A stretch of 64,000 bases of DNA from contig JADHNN010000002.1 in NCBI GenBank assembly GCA_016779485.1, positions 580 through 64,579 of the forward strand, written 5' to 3'. The translations under genes were made by a program, and so were the position numbers. Below, in pieces: positions 30,597-41,303 of the stretch (position 1 is the stretch's first letter; every line of letters starts with the position of its first letter). A model generated the notes under the pieces. The model was given only the letters and a program-made list of their open reading frames with translations, did not search any database and was not told the DNA's origin. The stretch is from Gammaproteobacteria bacterium. GTDB taxonomy: Bacteria; Pseudomonadota; Gammaproteobacteria; GCA-002705445; GCA-002716945.

Positions 30597-31539
30597 TATC
30601 CGGATTATCTTTTAAGAAGATACGAGAATTTTCTTTCCCTTGTCCAATTCTCTCACTGCCATAGCTATACCATGCGCCGGCTTTATCAACTATGTTGTGC
30701 TTAATACCTAAATCAATTAATTCAGACTCTTTAGATACACCTTGTCCATAATAGATGTCGAATTCTGCAATCTTAAAAGGTGGTGCGACTTTATTCTTTA
30801 CAACTTTGACTCTTGTTTCGTTGCCAATTATTTCATCGCCTTGTTTAATAGCGCCTACTCTTCTAATGTCCATTCTTACAGATGCATAAAATTTTAGTGC
30901 ATTACCACCTGTAGTAGTCTCAGGGCTTCCAAACATTACGCCTATTTTCATTCGAATTTGATTAATAAAAATTAGTAATGTGTTTGATTTTTTAATATTC
31001 GCAGTCAATTTTCTTAAAGCTTGTGACATTAGTCGAGCTTGTAAACCCATGTGTGAGTCTCCCATATCTCCATCTATTTCCGCCTTGGGCGTCAATGCTG
31101 CAACAGAATCTATAACAAGTGTAGATATTGCACCTGAACGCACGAGAGTGTCTGTAATTTCCAAAGCCTGCTCACCAGAATCTGGTTGAGATAAAAGAAG
31201 CTCATCAATATTAACACCTAAATTTTCAGCATACTTTGGATCTAATGCATGTTCAGCATCTATGAATGCAGCTGTACCACCTTGTTTTTGTGCTTCTGCT
31301 ATAACTTGAAGAGCCATAGTAGTTTTTCCAGATGATTCTGGTCCATATATCTCCACAACTCGTCCTTTGGGTAATCCCCCTATTCCAAGAGCTGTATCTA
31401 GTGTTAATGACCCTGTAGATATGGATTCGATGTCAGGATAAGCGGATCCAGCACCTAATTTCATTAATGCGCCTTTCCCATGGTCTTTTTCAATTTGGCT
31501 GATAGCTGAATCTAATGCTTTTTGTGTATTCTCTTCCAT
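30502..31539 (-). CDS. recA: recombinase RecA
   Basis: GPESSGKTT Walker A. The ORF-track N-terminal 40 aa is read-through; the real start is MEENTQKAL with AGGA SD. Confidence 0.97.
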   Translation of the reverse strand: MEENTQKALDSAISQIEKDHGKGALMKLGAGSAYPDIESISTGSLTLDTALGIGGLPKGRVVEIYGPESSGKTTMALQVIAEAQKQGGTAAFIDAEHALDPKYAENLGVNIDELLLSQPDSGEQALEITDTLVRSGAISTLVIDSVAALTPKAEIDGDMGDSHMGLQARLMSQALRKLTANIKKSNTLLIFINQIRMKIGVMFGSPETTTGGNALKFYASVRMDIRRVGAIKQGDEIIGNETRVKVVKNKVAPPFKIAEFDIYYGQGVSKESELIDLGIKHNIVDKAGAWYSYGSERIGQGKENSRIFLKDNPDIAKDIENKIIAATTGKEVTKEDNKKDAKESE

Positions 31540-31567
31540 ATTATTCCTCAAGTGAACTTTGAATAAT

Positions 31568-32062
31568 CTATGATAGCAAGTAATTTTTGTTAATGAAATC
31601 GGATAAACAATTAAAAGCAAAATATACTGTTTTTTTACGATTGTCATCTCGACTACCATAAAGTTCCTGAAAGTAAGTGCTCTGGTACTGTGATGATTTT
31701 ATAGTTATAAAAACTTGAGGTTCTTTAGAAGAATAATCATCATTTTTTTCCATTATACCGGTGGCGGATAAAGCGATATCTGATTTCAAAACTTTTAATA
31801 ACCCTCGTGCCATCTCCGTTGAGACTTTTTCAGAGACTGCACCATGATTATTAATAATATTGTCTGGTATACCTAAAAGACCTACTTTAACTTCATTTGA
31901 GTAGGCGATTATTGAGCCTTTGTAGTATTTAGAAGAGTTTGATAAATCAGTTATTGATTTGGAAATAAATCCTCCGGTACATGATTCGGCGGTAGCAATA
32001 GATAGCTTATGTTTTATAAAGAAAACATGTATTTTTTTTAATTCTTCTGTAAAGTTATACAT
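31568..32062 (-). CDS. pncC: CinA-family protein (nicotinamide-nucleotide amidohydrolase PncC-like C-terminal domain)
   Basis: The TAESCTGG motif. 164 aa. Directly upstream of recA, as with cinA-recA. Confidence 0.8.
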   Translation of the reverse strand: MYNFTEELKKIHVFFIKHKLSIATAESCTGGFISKSITDLSNSSKYYKGSIIAYSNEVKVGLLGIPDNIINNHGAVSEKVSTEMARGLLKVLKSDIALSATGIMEKNDDYSSKEPQVFITIKSSQYQSTYFQELYGSRDDNRKKTVYFAFNCLSDFINKNYLLS

Positions 32063-32106
32063 ATGTATTTATAATACATTATCAAGTTTTTTAGTAGGAG
32101 ATAGTA

Positions 32107-32946
32107 TTGAAAAAGTTTAAAAAAATTCTAATCTATACGTCATCTATTTTTATTGAAAAGACTGAAACAAAAGATGTCATAAAGTATCTATCAAAAAAAA
32201 GCTCTTGTGTTGATATTTATACACTCGAAGCTAAAAATACTGGTATTAACAAGAAAAAATATGACCTTGTTTTATCTATTGGCGGTGATGGTGTATTTAT
32301 TTCTGCTTCAAAATATGCGTACAAAAAAGCAGTTCCAGTTTTAGGTCTTAATTTTGGCAGAATTGGATTCCTAGCTGATCTTGATAAAAAGCATTTTCAA
32401 TCAAAAATACTTGAAATACTTGATGGTAATTATGTAATTGATAAAAGAACATTATTGTCAGGTTCTGTCATTACTAATAATACTCAACATAAATCGATAT
32501 CTCTAAACGATATAGTTATAAATAATTGTGGCAAGTTGAAAATGATTGAGATGAATATTTATGTAAATCAAAATCTTATCAATAAACAAAGATCTGACGG
32601 TGTTATTATTTCGACACCAACAGGATCGACTGCTTATGCAATGTCAAATGGCTGTCCAATAGTTAGTCCACAATCAAATGTTATGTGTATAGTGCCAATC
32701 GCACCGCATTCATATGGACAAAGATCAGTTATAATTAATAACACTGACAACATATCAATTAAATTAAATAAAAAATCTATTAAAGATTCTCAAGTTACAT
32801 TTGATGGTTCAAATAACTTAACTATAAAATGTCCTGATACTATTTTCATTAAAAAAGCTACAAGACAACTTCAAATAATACATCCATGCGATTATGATTA
32901 CTTTAAAATGTTATCTAAGAAATTAAGATATGATAATAAACCTTAG
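32107..32946 (+). CDS. nadK: NAD(+) kinase
   Basis: GGDG motif (SIGGDGVF) and an NE/DG region. 279 aa. Confidence 0.9.
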   Translation: MKKFKKILIYTSSIFIEKTETKDVIKYLSKKSSCVDIYTLEAKNTGINKKKYDLVLSIGGDGVFISASKYAYKKAVPVLGLNFGRIGFLADLDKKHFQSKILEILDGNYVIDKRTLLSGSVITNNTQHKSISLNDIVINNCGKLKMIEMNIYVNQNLINKQRSDGVIISTPTGSTAYAMSNGCPIVSPQSNVMCIVPIAPHSYGQRSVIINNTDNISIKLNKKSIKDSQVTFDGSNNLTIKCPDTIFIKKATRQLQIIHPCDYDYFKMLSKKLRYDNKP

Positions 32947-32948
32947 TT

Positions 32949-33398
32949 TTATTTATTCTTAAGATGTTTACAATTTTCGTTATTACAATTGCCAAAAAGT
33001 GTCATTACGTGTGACTCTAATGAGAAATTATACTCTTTTGAAATTCGTTCTTGAAGATTCTCTAAATCGGAATTAACAAACTCAATTATATTTCCACATT
33101 TAGTGCAAATTAAATGATCATGATGAGATTTCTTTATTTCATATGCTGACTGATTATCGTCAAAATTATTTTTCTGAATAAGATCTGCCATTTCTAACTG
33201 AGTAAGTACTCTATATATTGTTGCTAATCCAATCGTCTCACCGCTGTCAGCCAGCATGTCTTTAAGTTTGTCAGCAGTATAATGCTCGTCTGGCGATGAT
33301 TGAAAAATCTCTAAGATCTTGCAACGTGAGCGTGTAACTTTTAATCCAGCTTTCTTAAGCTTATTGATATTATCCTCTTTAGTATTTTGAGAGGTCAT
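32949..33398 (-). CDS. fur: ferric uptake regulator Fur
   Basis: 149 aa with HHDHLICTKCG...C metal sites and a winged helix. Confidence 0.9.
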   Translation of the reverse strand: MTSQNTKEDNINKLKKAGLKVTRSRCKILEIFQSSPDEHYTADKLKDMLADSGETIGLATIYRVLTQLEMADLIQKNNFDDNQSAYEIKKSHHDHLICTKCGNIIEFVNSDLENLQERISKEYNFSLESHVMTLFGNCNNENCKHLKNK

Positions 33399-33646
33399 TT
33401 ATTTTTTACTCTGTTTCTGCGTTTTATTTTCGGGTCCGCCACTATGTCCTCATAAAATTCTACCCTATCTTTATTCTGAAGTGTATAAGTAAGTTCTTTG
33501 AGTTTTCCATAAACGCCCACTTTGCAGCTATTTATATCTTTTTTTAAGATATTAGTTATCAACATTTGAATAGTTGTTCCTTCATTTAATTTAAGATGAA
33601 GGGTATGTTTGTTAATAGTTATATCGCTGACAATTATATTAATCAT
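33395..33646 (-). CDS. rnfH: RnfH-family ubiquitin-like protein (YfjF/RatB-like)
   Basis: 83 aa resembling E. coli YfjF. Lies upstream of and overlapping fur, and downstream of ratA. Confidence 0.7.
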   Translation of the reverse strand: MINIIVSDITINKHTLHLKLNEGTTIQMLITNILKKDINSCKVGVYGKLKELTYTLQNKDRVEFYEDIVADPKIKRRNRVKNK

Positions 33647-34076
33647 TGTATTTAATTTTAAAAGCTTGATCTACGAAAGACTCTAGAATTGAATTCATAA
33701 TAGTTGTAAATATAGGTTCTATGGATAATTCAATTATAGAATTTTTAAATTTATAATTAATTTCAAGCGAAACAAGAGTATTGTTATCATCAATCTTTTT
33801 AAAATTCCAGCTACCATCAAGTTTATCAAATGGGCCATCAATTAGAGATAATGAAATTGATTTATTTCTATCTATTATATTTTTCGTAGAAAAGCTCCAG
33901 TTTATAAAACTTTTTGAGATAAAGATTTTTCCAATTTGAGAGTGTTCTGATTCTTTTGTGACTTCTGTTTTTTTACACCAAGGCAGAAACTTAGGATAGT
34001 CCTCAATATTATTTATAAGATTAAAGATTATTGACATAGTTACATTTATTTCTTCTTCTTTATAAATTTTTTTCAT
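33639..34076 (-). CDS. ratA: RatA family protein (SRPBCC/polyketide cyclase fold, ribosome-association toxin-like). Start chosen at the internal Met (MKKIYKEE...).
   Basis: An IEDYPKFLPWC motif and about 145 aa. Paired with rnfH as in E. coli yfjG-yfjF. The longer ORF-track start would overlap the transporter gene. Confidence 0.7.
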   Translation of the reverse strand: MKKIYKEEEINVTMSIIFNLINNIEDYPKFLPWCKKTEVTKESEHSQIGKIFISKSFINWSFSTKNIIDRNKSISLSLIDGPFDKLDGSWNFKKIDDNNTLVSLEINYKFKNSIIELSIEPIFTTIMNSILESFVDQAFKIKYND

Positions 34077-34078
34077 AA

Positions 34079-35510
34079 CTATAAAATTCCTTGAATGAAT
34101 ATTAGAATTAACAATAATGGTGATAATATTTTGATTATCATAAACCAAAACTCTACTAGTTTTTTATTAGCATTTAATTCTCTCTGTACAATAGATTTTT
34201 TAACAACATACCCTACAAATAATGCCATTAACAATCCTCCAAGAGGTAGCATTATTTTAGAGGTCAAATAGTCCAAGTTATCGAAGATAGTCATACCAAA
34301 AAAAGTAAATTCCGAAAGATTATTAAATGAAAGAACTGTAAATATTCCTAAAAACCATGTAATAACGCCAAGTATATTTGTTGCATACAGTCTTGAAACA
34401 TAAAAGTTTTCTACAACAAAAGTAATTGCTGGCTCAATCAGTGAAATTGATGATGTTATAGCTGCAAAAAACAGAAGTACAAAAAAGGCTGTAGAAATAA
34501 TAATACCGTAATGCATCGATCCAAATGCGATTGGAAGAGTTTCAAATATTAAACCTGGTCCAGCAGTATTTGGATCTAGATTATATGTAAATACAATAGG
34601 AAAAATTATAATGCCTGCCAAAATAGCTACCAATGTATCAGAGAAAGCTACTGCAGAACTAACCTGAAATATAGAAGTATTATCCGGAAGATATGAACCA
34701 TAAACCATTAAAGATCCCATACCTATGCTTAAAGAAAAGAAAGCCATGCTCATAGCAGATAATACAACTGAACTGTTAATTTTATCGAAGTCAGCAATAA
34801 AGAAATACGTCATAGCTTCTAAAAAACCCTGTAATGTAGATGCATATACTGCTAAGCCAATCAGTATTAAAAATAAGCCAGGAATTAAAAATTTAATTGC
34901 TTTTTCTATACCGCTTTTTACACCTTTAGAGACTATGTAACATGTTAGAATCATAAATATTGTATGCCATAAGATTAACTTTTCAGGATCGGATATAAAT
35001 GTTTGAAATTTTGCACTTGACCCAGCCGCAGTAATCAATGTAAATGATCCTGTTAAAGATTTAATGATATAAGAAATAGTCCAGCCAGCAATTACGCTAT
35101 AAAAAGACAATATAAATATTCCAGCCAATATTCCCATCCATCCAACTAATTCCCAGTTAGAAAAGATATCTTTTTCTTTAAAGTTTTCTTTTACCTTTAT
35201 AATACGCTTAAGCTTTTTATCTTGTCTATGTTTATAATAATAGCTAGATTCATAAGATAGGGTTCGTATAGAATTTATTGGATTTTGTTTACCTCTTTTG
35301 CCAATAAGAATTTCTGCTGCCATAATAGGAAGAGCAAGAAAAATTACGCTTAAAATGTAAATAAGCACAAAAGCTCCCCCTCCATTTTCAGCAGTCATCC
35401 AAGGAAATTTCCAAATATTACCTAGACCAACGGCAGAACCAGTTGCTGCAAATATGAATAATAGTTTTGATGACCACTGGCCATGAATAGAAAGTCTCTT
35501 ATTAGAAATG
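34079..35510 (-). CDS. sodium-dependent transporter (neurotransmitter:sodium symporter, NSS family). Probable AUU initiation codon.
   Basis: The conserved NSS TM1 motif GSAVGLGNIWKFPW lies upstream of the first ATG (35398) in the same frame with no stop. Upstream of it the only candidate start is ATT at 35510, with a perfect AAGGAG SD 7 nt further upstream. Confidence 0.8.
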
Positions 35511-35560
35511 ACTGAACTCCTTTATGCTATAATGAAAGTATACCTTAAGTATAAAATTTT

Positions 35561-36007
35561 ATGAACGTCTTATGTAACAACAAGAAAGCAAGCTTTAAAT
35601 ATGCTTTTATAAAGAAACTTGAAGCGGGTATGGCGCTTACTGGATGGGAAGTTAAAAGTCTCAAATCTGGTAACGGTCAACTGTCTGAAAGCTATATTTC
35701 TATCAAACACAATGAAGTATATTTAAATAATGCCCATATAAAGCCACTAAGTTCTAAAAATTATAAAGATGTTCAAAATCCAACAGCTAATAGAAAACTC
35801 CTTCTAAATAGAAAAGAAATAAATATGCTTCATGGTGAGATAAGTCAAAAAGGATTAACATTAGTACCATTAAAGATTTATTCAATAAATGGTTTAATAA
35901 AAATTGAGATTGCACTCTCAAAGGGAAAAAAATTACATGATAAAAGAGAAGATCAAAAAAACAAAGATTGGCTCAGACAAAAAGACCGATTGAAAAAATT
36001 AATTTAG
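35561..36007 (+). CDS. smpB: SsrA-binding protein SmpB
   Basis: GWEVKSLKSG and KLLLNRKEI motifs. 148 aa. Confidence 0.9.
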   Translation: MNVLCNNKKASFKYAFIKKLEAGMALTGWEVKSLKSGNGQLSESYISIKHNEVYLNNAHIKPLSSKNYKDVQNPTANRKLLLNRKEINMLHGEISQKGLTLVPLKIYSINGLIKIEIALSKGKKLHDKREDQKNKDWLRQKDRLKKLI

Positions 36008-36648
36008 TTTTTGAAATAATTTTCATGCAACATAATGTCCTCCTGGGACGCTTTTATTATCTTGAAATCTTTATTTATACACTCCTTCTTTATGATATGA
36101 GCAGTATCATCAGATGTTAATTCAGTAAAATCATGTTGACCAACAGTAAGTTTTAAATATACAAAAGCTAGGAGTCGTGCATCTAATAATGCTCCATGAA
36201 GATCTCTGTCAGAATTATCTATAGAATATCTCTCACAAAGTGCATCCAATGTGTTTTTTTTACCTGGGCTTATTTTTCTTGCAAGTTTCAAGGTATCTAT
36301 TATTTCATTTGTAAAGAAATTACTATCTAATTTTAGGTATTCAAATTCTTTTTTTAAGAAACCTAGATCGAAAGGTGCATTATGTATAATCAATGGAGAG
36401 TCTGATATATATGCTAATAATTCATCGTATATATCTTCAAATAAAGGTTTGTCACTAAGATTGTTTGCTGTTAACCCATGGACTTTAGAAGCTTCAATGT
36501 CAATCTCACGTTCAGGATTGAGGTATTTATGGAATGTATTATCTGTAACTTTTCTGTTGATAATTTCGATACAACCAACCTCTATAATCTTATGACCATC
36601 ATCTGGGTCAAGACCTGTAGTTTCAGTATCTAAAACTATATACCTCAT
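36004..36648 (-). CDS. dnaQ: DNA polymerase III epsilon subunit (3'-5' exonuclease)
   Basis: Exo I LDTETTGL, Exo II and Exo III HxALxD motifs. Confidence 0.9.
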   Translation of the reverse strand: MRYIVLDTETTGLDPDDGHKIIEVGCIEIINRKVTDNTFHKYLNPEREIDIEASKVHGLTANNLSDKPLFEDIYDELLAYISDSPLIIHNAPFDLGFLKKEFEYLKLDSNFFTNEIIDTLKLARKISPGKKNTLDALCERYSIDNSDRDLHGALLDARLLAFVYLKLTVGQHDFTELTSDDTAHIIKKECINKDFKIIKASQEDIMLHENYFKN

Positions 36649-37082
36649 TTCTTAATAGCTCTAGTTGCAAGTTCATCAGCCATATTGTTATATATAGCAT
36701 CTGTATTATCGTTTGATTGATGTGCTCTAACCCAAGTCCAGGAAACATCTCGACATTGTGTATATTTATCAAGTTGAATCCAAAGATCTTTGTTTAAAAC
36801 TGGTTTTCTGTTACTAGTAATCCAATTATTTTTTTTCCAGTTTATTATCCATTCAGTAATGCCTTTTTGCACGTATGTAGAATCAGTGTGTAGTATGATA
36901 GGTAGAGTTGGATCTACTGCCTCTATAGCTTTTATCGCTGCTGTTAATTCCATTCTATTGTTAGTGGTAGATGCATCATATCCAGATGATGATTTAGTAT
37001 TTTCGCCATCAATAATTACAAAGCCCCATCCGCCCGGACCTGGGTTGCCTCTACATGCCCCATCTGTGTATATTTTTATCAT
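36645..37082 (-). CDS. rnhA: ribonuclease HI
   Basis: YTDGACRGNPGPGGWG and the DEDD residues. 145 aa. Confidence 0.95.
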   Translation of the reverse strand: MIKIYTDGACRGNPGPGGWGFVIIDGENTKSSSGYDASTTNNRMELTAAIKAIEAVDPTLPIILHTDSTYVQKGITEWIINWKKNNWITSNRKPVLNKDLWIQLDKYTQCRDVSWTWVRAHQSNDNTDAIYNNMADELATRAIKK

Positions 37083-37810
37083 ATATTTTTTGCAAGGTTA
37101 GAGACTTTATAGCTTTTATTGAAAACTAGCTTTTGAGGGGTAAGTGGTACTACTCTCTTTCTATAAGTATATAGAGCTAGACCTCCAAATTGATTATTAA
37201 TAATTTTATGTAGAAAAGAAATGTGAGAAAGAAATGTTGTAATATTTTTACCAAGATATGGTATTAGTCCAAACGTTTTTTGATAATTAGTTTTATATTC
37301 TAATATTTTAAACCACTCTTTAATAATATATGGTGATAAAAATTTAATATTCCATGGTGGCTTTGAAGAAAATACTTTTACAAGTGACCATAAGCTATAT
37401 TTATTAAAACTTACAACAACTATTGTTGCATCATCAGTTGCAATTCTATCAATCTCTCTCATTAACAGATACGGATTATGAGTATACTCTAGACCGTGTG
37501 ATAGAATAATTACGTCATGAGAATCATCCTCAAAAGGTAGTTTCTTTGATAAGTTAGCACTTGAAATCAGAACATCTTCATCAATACTAAAAAAAGTGCC
37601 AGTTTTGTTTTTTTGAAAAAGCTTCTTATATTCAGAAGAACCGCAAAATAATGTATGTCTTCCTTGATAAAGTTCTTTAATTGATTCTAATTCATCAAGT
37701 AAGATTTTTTTAAAATATTGGCCAGCAGGATTTTTATACCATTTCTTTAACTGAACTTTAGTGTTGTTATTCTCTTGTAGAATCATCTCTATAGAATTAA
37801 ATAATATCAT
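37079..37810 (-). CDS. class I SAM-dependent methyltransferase (YafS-like)
   Basis: 243 aa adjacent to rnhA/dnaQ and divergent from mltD, mirroring E. coli mltD-gloB-yafS-rnhA-dnaQ (gloB absent). Confidence 0.55.
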   Translation of the reverse strand: MILFNSIEMILQENNNTKVQLKKWYKNPAGQYFKKILLDELESIKELYQGRHTLFCGSSEYKKLFQKNKTGTFFSIDEDVLISSANLSKKLPFEDDSHDVIILSHGLEYTHNPYLLMREIDRIATDDATIVVVSFNKYSLWSLVKVFSSKPPWNIKFLSPYIIKEWFKILEYKTNYQKTFGLIPYLGKNITTFLSHISFLHKIINNQFGGLALYTYRKRVVPLTPQKLVFNKSYKVSNLAKNI

Positions 37811-37818
37811 ATGATAAG

Positions 37819-39339
37819 TTGTTAGTGGTGTGTAAAAAATATATTTTTATAATTTCAATAATGGTTACTTCTGGTTGTCAGCAAACTAAAGTAACTAATT
37901 TTAATCAATTTCCTTTTGATAATTCTACATTTAATCAAATAAGTACATGTGAAACCAAGACATTAATTAATAAAGAATATAAAGATATTTGGCACCGAAT
38001 AAGATCAGGATTATGCTTTAAGCATATTAATTCAAGTAGAATTAATAAAGAACTTGTGTGGATGAAAGAAAACAAAGAATTTGTATATCGATCAATTGAA
38101 AGGGCAAGACCTTATTTATTTCATATACTTGGACATCTAGAAACAAGAAATCTCCCATATGAATTATCTTTATTGCCAATGGTCGAAAGTGGTTTTCAAC
38201 CATTCGCATATTCTTCATCTAGAGCAGCAGGTATATGGCAATTTATCCCACCTACCGCAAGAGAATATGGATTAAAGATGAATTGGCTTTATGATGGCAG
38301 AAGAGATGTGTTGGAATCTACAAAAGCAGCAACTTATTTTTTAGGAGATATGCATCGACATTTTAAAGGTAATTGGTTATTGGCAATTGCTTCATACAAT
38401 ACTGGTGCTGGAAATGTTGGCAAAGCAATAGATAGAGCAAATAATATATTTACTAAACCATCCTATTGGGATTTAGATTTACCAAGAGAAACAGAATTAT
38501 ATGTTCCGAGACTACTGGCTTTATCAAAAATAATTGAAAATCCAAGAAAATATGGCTTTAAGTTACCTAAATTAAATAACAAGAACCATACTAGTAAAGT
38601 ACAGTTTTATGATGCTATAGATTTTCAAACATTAGCAATTATTACAGGACTTTCTGAAGAAGAATTAATGAATCTTAACCCTGGATTTAGCACATGGATC
38701 ATTGATCCATCGCAACAAAATATATTATTACTACCAAATAAAGAAGCGAAATTATTTAAAAGCAGATATAAAAAGATTGCTAATATAATTTATGAAAATA
38801 AAGTCCACAAAGTCAAAAAAGGTGACAGCTTGTATAAAATTTCTAGAATTTATAATGTAAAAATTGATTCAATCAAAAAGGTTAACTCTTTAACAAGTGA
38901 CATGATATATATTAATCAAAAAATAAAAATACCATCTGAATTAAATGTTGGTAATAAAGAATTTATAACTATTAATAATCAGAAGTATTATATAAATAAG
39001 AAAGAAGTTACATACAATCATGTTGTTAGAAGGTATGATAATTGGTACAAAATTGCTAGAAAGTATGATGTTCCATTGGAAACATTACTAATGTGGAATG
39101 GTGCGAATAAAAAAACAAGATTGAAAATTAATGCACTTGTCAAAATAAAGCTAAAGGGTCCAATTTTAAGTAAAAATAAAAAAATTCAGTCTCTAAGATA
39201 TGTGGTTAACTCAGGCGAACGATATGATCAAATTATAAGAGGGTTTGGAGTAAGCAAAGATAATTTAATCAAAGATAATAAACTTAAAAATAAAAAATAT
39301 CTTACTGCAGGGGATAATTTAATAATTAATCAAAATTAA
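37819..39339 (+). CDS. mltD: membrane-bound lytic murein transglycosylase D (SLT domain plus three LysM repeats)
   Basis: Lipoprotein-like N-terminus, an SLT catalytic region and three C-terminal LysM repeats. Confidence 0.8.
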   Translation: MLVVCKKYIFIISIMVTSGCQQTKVTNFNQFPFDNSTFNQISTCETKTLINKEYKDIWHRIRSGLCFKHINSSRINKELVWMKENKEFVYRSIERARPYLFHILGHLETRNLPYELSLLPMVESGFQPFAYSSSRAAGIWQFIPPTAREYGLKMNWLYDGRRDVLESTKAATYFLGDMHRHFKGNWLLAIASYNTGAGNVGKAIDRANNIFTKPSYWDLDLPRETELYVPRLLALSKIIENPRKYGFKLPKLNNKNHTSKVQFYDAIDFQTLAIITGLSEEELMNLNPGFSTWIIDPSQQNILLLPNKEAKLFKSRYKKIANIIYENKVHKVKKGDSLYKISRIYNVKIDSIKKVNSLTSDMIYINQKIKIPSELNVGNKEFITINNQKYYINKKEVTYNHVVRRYDNWYKIARKYDVPLETLLMWNGANKKTRLKINALVKIKLKGPILSKNKKIQSLRYVVNSGERYDQIIRGFGVSKDNLIKDNKLKNKKYLTAGDNLIINQN

Positions 39340-40199
39340 ATCTTTGATAAATATCTATCACCTCTATCACATAGTATTGTAACAATTATAGAATTATCAA
39401 TTTCTTGAGCAATTTTTCTAGCAATAAAAATATTTGCTCCTGATGACATACCAACGAATATCCCTGTTTCTGAAGATAATGCCATCATGGTCTTTTCTGC
39501 ATCATCTTGACTGATATCAATAATCTTATCTACAATTGCATTTTTGAATATTTTGGGTGTGTATTCGGGTTTCCATCTTCTTATTCCTGGTATTTTGGAA
39601 CCTTCGACAGGCTGTACACCAATTATTTGAATCATTTGATTTTGTTTTTTTAAAAATCTTGAAACGCCAGTTATGGTGCCAGTGGTACCCATAGCAGAGA
39701 TAAAATGTGTTACATGTTGATTGGTTTGACTCCAGATTTCAGGACCCGTAGTATCAAAATGAGCAAGATAATTTGATTTATTCGCAAACTGATCGAGTAC
39801 ATAACCTTCTTTATTTTTTGACATGGTATTTGCTAGATCTCTAGCTCCCTCCATATCTTCTTCTTTGCTAACAAGAATAACTTCTGCACCATATGCTTTC
39901 ATAGTTTTTACTCTCTCAATCGATGCAGTTTCTGGCATGATGAGTTTTATTTTAAAACCACGTATAGTTGCAGCCATTGCTAAAGCAATACCTGTATTCC
40001 CACTCGTTGCCTCAATAAGTGTATCACCTTGTTTTATAAACCCCGCCTTTTCAGCATCTTTTATCATTCTGATGGCTGCTCTATCTTTAATAGAGCCTGC
40101 TGGATTATTTCCTTCAAGCTTTGCATAAATTTTATTAGACCCAATTTCATCAATAAGTATTAATGGTGTATTGCCAATATAGTTTTCAATATTGCTCAT
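39336..40199 (-). CDS. cysM: cysteine synthase B-like (O-acetylserine sulfhydrylase)
   Basis: LEGNNPAGSIKDRAA and TSGNTGIALAM. Closest in layout to E. coli CysM. Start taken at MSNIENYIGNTPL, where the ATG overlaps the acpS stop (ATGA). Confidence 0.85.
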   Translation of the reverse strand: MSNIENYIGNTPLILIDEIGSNKIYAKLEGNNPAGSIKDRAAIRMIKDAEKAGFIKQGDTLIEATSGNTGIALAMAATIRGFKIKLIMPETASIERVKTMKAYGAEVILVSKEEDMEGARDLANTMSKNKEGYVLDQFANKSNYLAHFDTTGPEIWSQTNQHVTHFISAMGTTGTITGVSRFLKKQNQMIQIIGVQPVEGSKIPGIRRWKPEYTPKIFKNAIVDKIIDISQDDAEKTMMALSSETGIFVGMSSGANIFIARKIAQEIDNSIIVTILCDRGDRYLSKI

Positions 40200-40573
40200 G
40201 ATTCTATAACAACAAATGCAATCGATTGTGAACATGTGTCACTAATTGATAGTTCAATATTTGTAAAATTTTTATCTATTAAATTTAACAATGAATCTGA
40301 AAATTCAAAAAATGGTTTACCAAGTTGCGTGTGTTTAACGCTGATAGATTTTGGGTAAACGCCATTTCTATATAAACCGTATCCTAAAGCTTTTGATAAA
40401 GCTTCTTTTGCAGCAAATTTCTTCGATAGATAAGAACTTTTATATTTAGACTTTTCATATTCTTGATACTCATAAGTAGATAATATTTTAATCGCAATTT
40501 TATTACCGTACTTTTCAATAAGATTATCAAATCGTGACTTATCAATAAGATCTATTCCTATACCTTTAACCAT
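40196..40573 (-). CDS. acpS: holo-ACP synthase
   Basis: GIDLIDKSRF N-terminus. 125 aa. pdxJ-acpS order as in E. coli. Confidence 0.85.
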   Translation of the reverse strand: MVKGIGIDLIDKSRFDNLIEKYGNKIAIKILSTYEYQEYEKSKYKSSYLSKKFAAKEALSKALGYGLYRNGVYPKSISVKHTQLGKPFFEFSDSLLNLIDKNFTNIELSISDTCSQSIAFVVIES

Positions 40574-41303
40574 TATTTATAGCACTCCTATAATCTATGA
40601 CTGCTTGCTCAAAGCCTTTAAATATTGAGTCTGCTATTATAGCATGACCAATATTAAGTTCTTCAATGCTAGAAATTTTACATATATCTGACAAATTAGA
40701 TAGATTTAAGCCATGTCCAGCATGTACTTGTAAATTAAATTTAGATGCATAGATTGCAGCATTTTCAATTCTTTTCAACTCATTATTTTTATTGTTACTC
40801 ATAGCGTTAGCATAAGAACCAGTATGTAATTCAACACATTTAGCTCCTGCTTTTATACATCTATCTATTTGTTGAACTTCAGGGTCTATGAATAATGAGA
40901 CTTTAGAGCCATTTCTATGGATGGTATTGATTGCTTTAACTAGAAAATTAAATTGATTTTCATTCATGTTCAATATATCAAGCCCTCCTTCCGTAGTAAG
41001 CTCCTCTCTTTTTTCCGGGACAATACAGCAGTAATCAGGTTTTGTGTTTATACATATATCAACCATTTCTTCAGTTAATGCCATTTCAAGATTTAATACT
41101 TTTGCAGTTGCTCTAATATCAATAACATCTTGATCCTGAATATGTCGTCTATCCTCTCTTAAATGAATTGTTATAAGATCAGCACCGTTACATTCTGCAA
41201 CCTGAACAGCTTTTGTGAGTGAAGGATAATCTGTTTTTCTATTTGTTTTAAGGGTAGCAATATGATCAATATTAACTCCTAGTCTTTTATGATGATTTAT
41301 CAT
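40566..41303 (-). CDS. pdxJ: pyridoxine 5'-phosphate synthase
   Basis: LGVNIDHIATLK...YP motif and TIM barrel. 245 aa. Confidence 0.9.
   Translation of the reverse strand: MINHHKRLGVNIDHIATLKTNRKTDYPSLTKAVQVAECNGADLITIHLREDRRHIQDQDVIDIRATAKVLNLEMALTEEMVDICINTKPDYCCIVPEKREELTTEGGLDILNMNENQFNFLVKAINTIHRNGSKVSLFIDPEVQQIDRCIKAGAKCVELHTGSYANAMSNNKNNELKRIENAAIYASKFNLQVHAGHGLNLSNLSDICKISSIEELNIGHAIIADSIFKGFEQAVIDYRSAINNG

Noticed and set aside
31540-31659. N-terminal extensions in ORF-track calls (recA 40 aa; also sdhC 12 aa, cysM 12 aa, ratA 24 aa, rhodanese 4 aa, mfd 9 aa)
   Set aside because: The conserved protein N-termini and SD sequences sit at internal Met codons. The extensions overlap neighbouring genes or a terminator.
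31540-32106. LexA (SOS) box near recA/cinA
   Set aside because: No CTGT-N8-ACAG palindrome was seen upstream of cinA or recA. The CTGT at 31627 has no partner.
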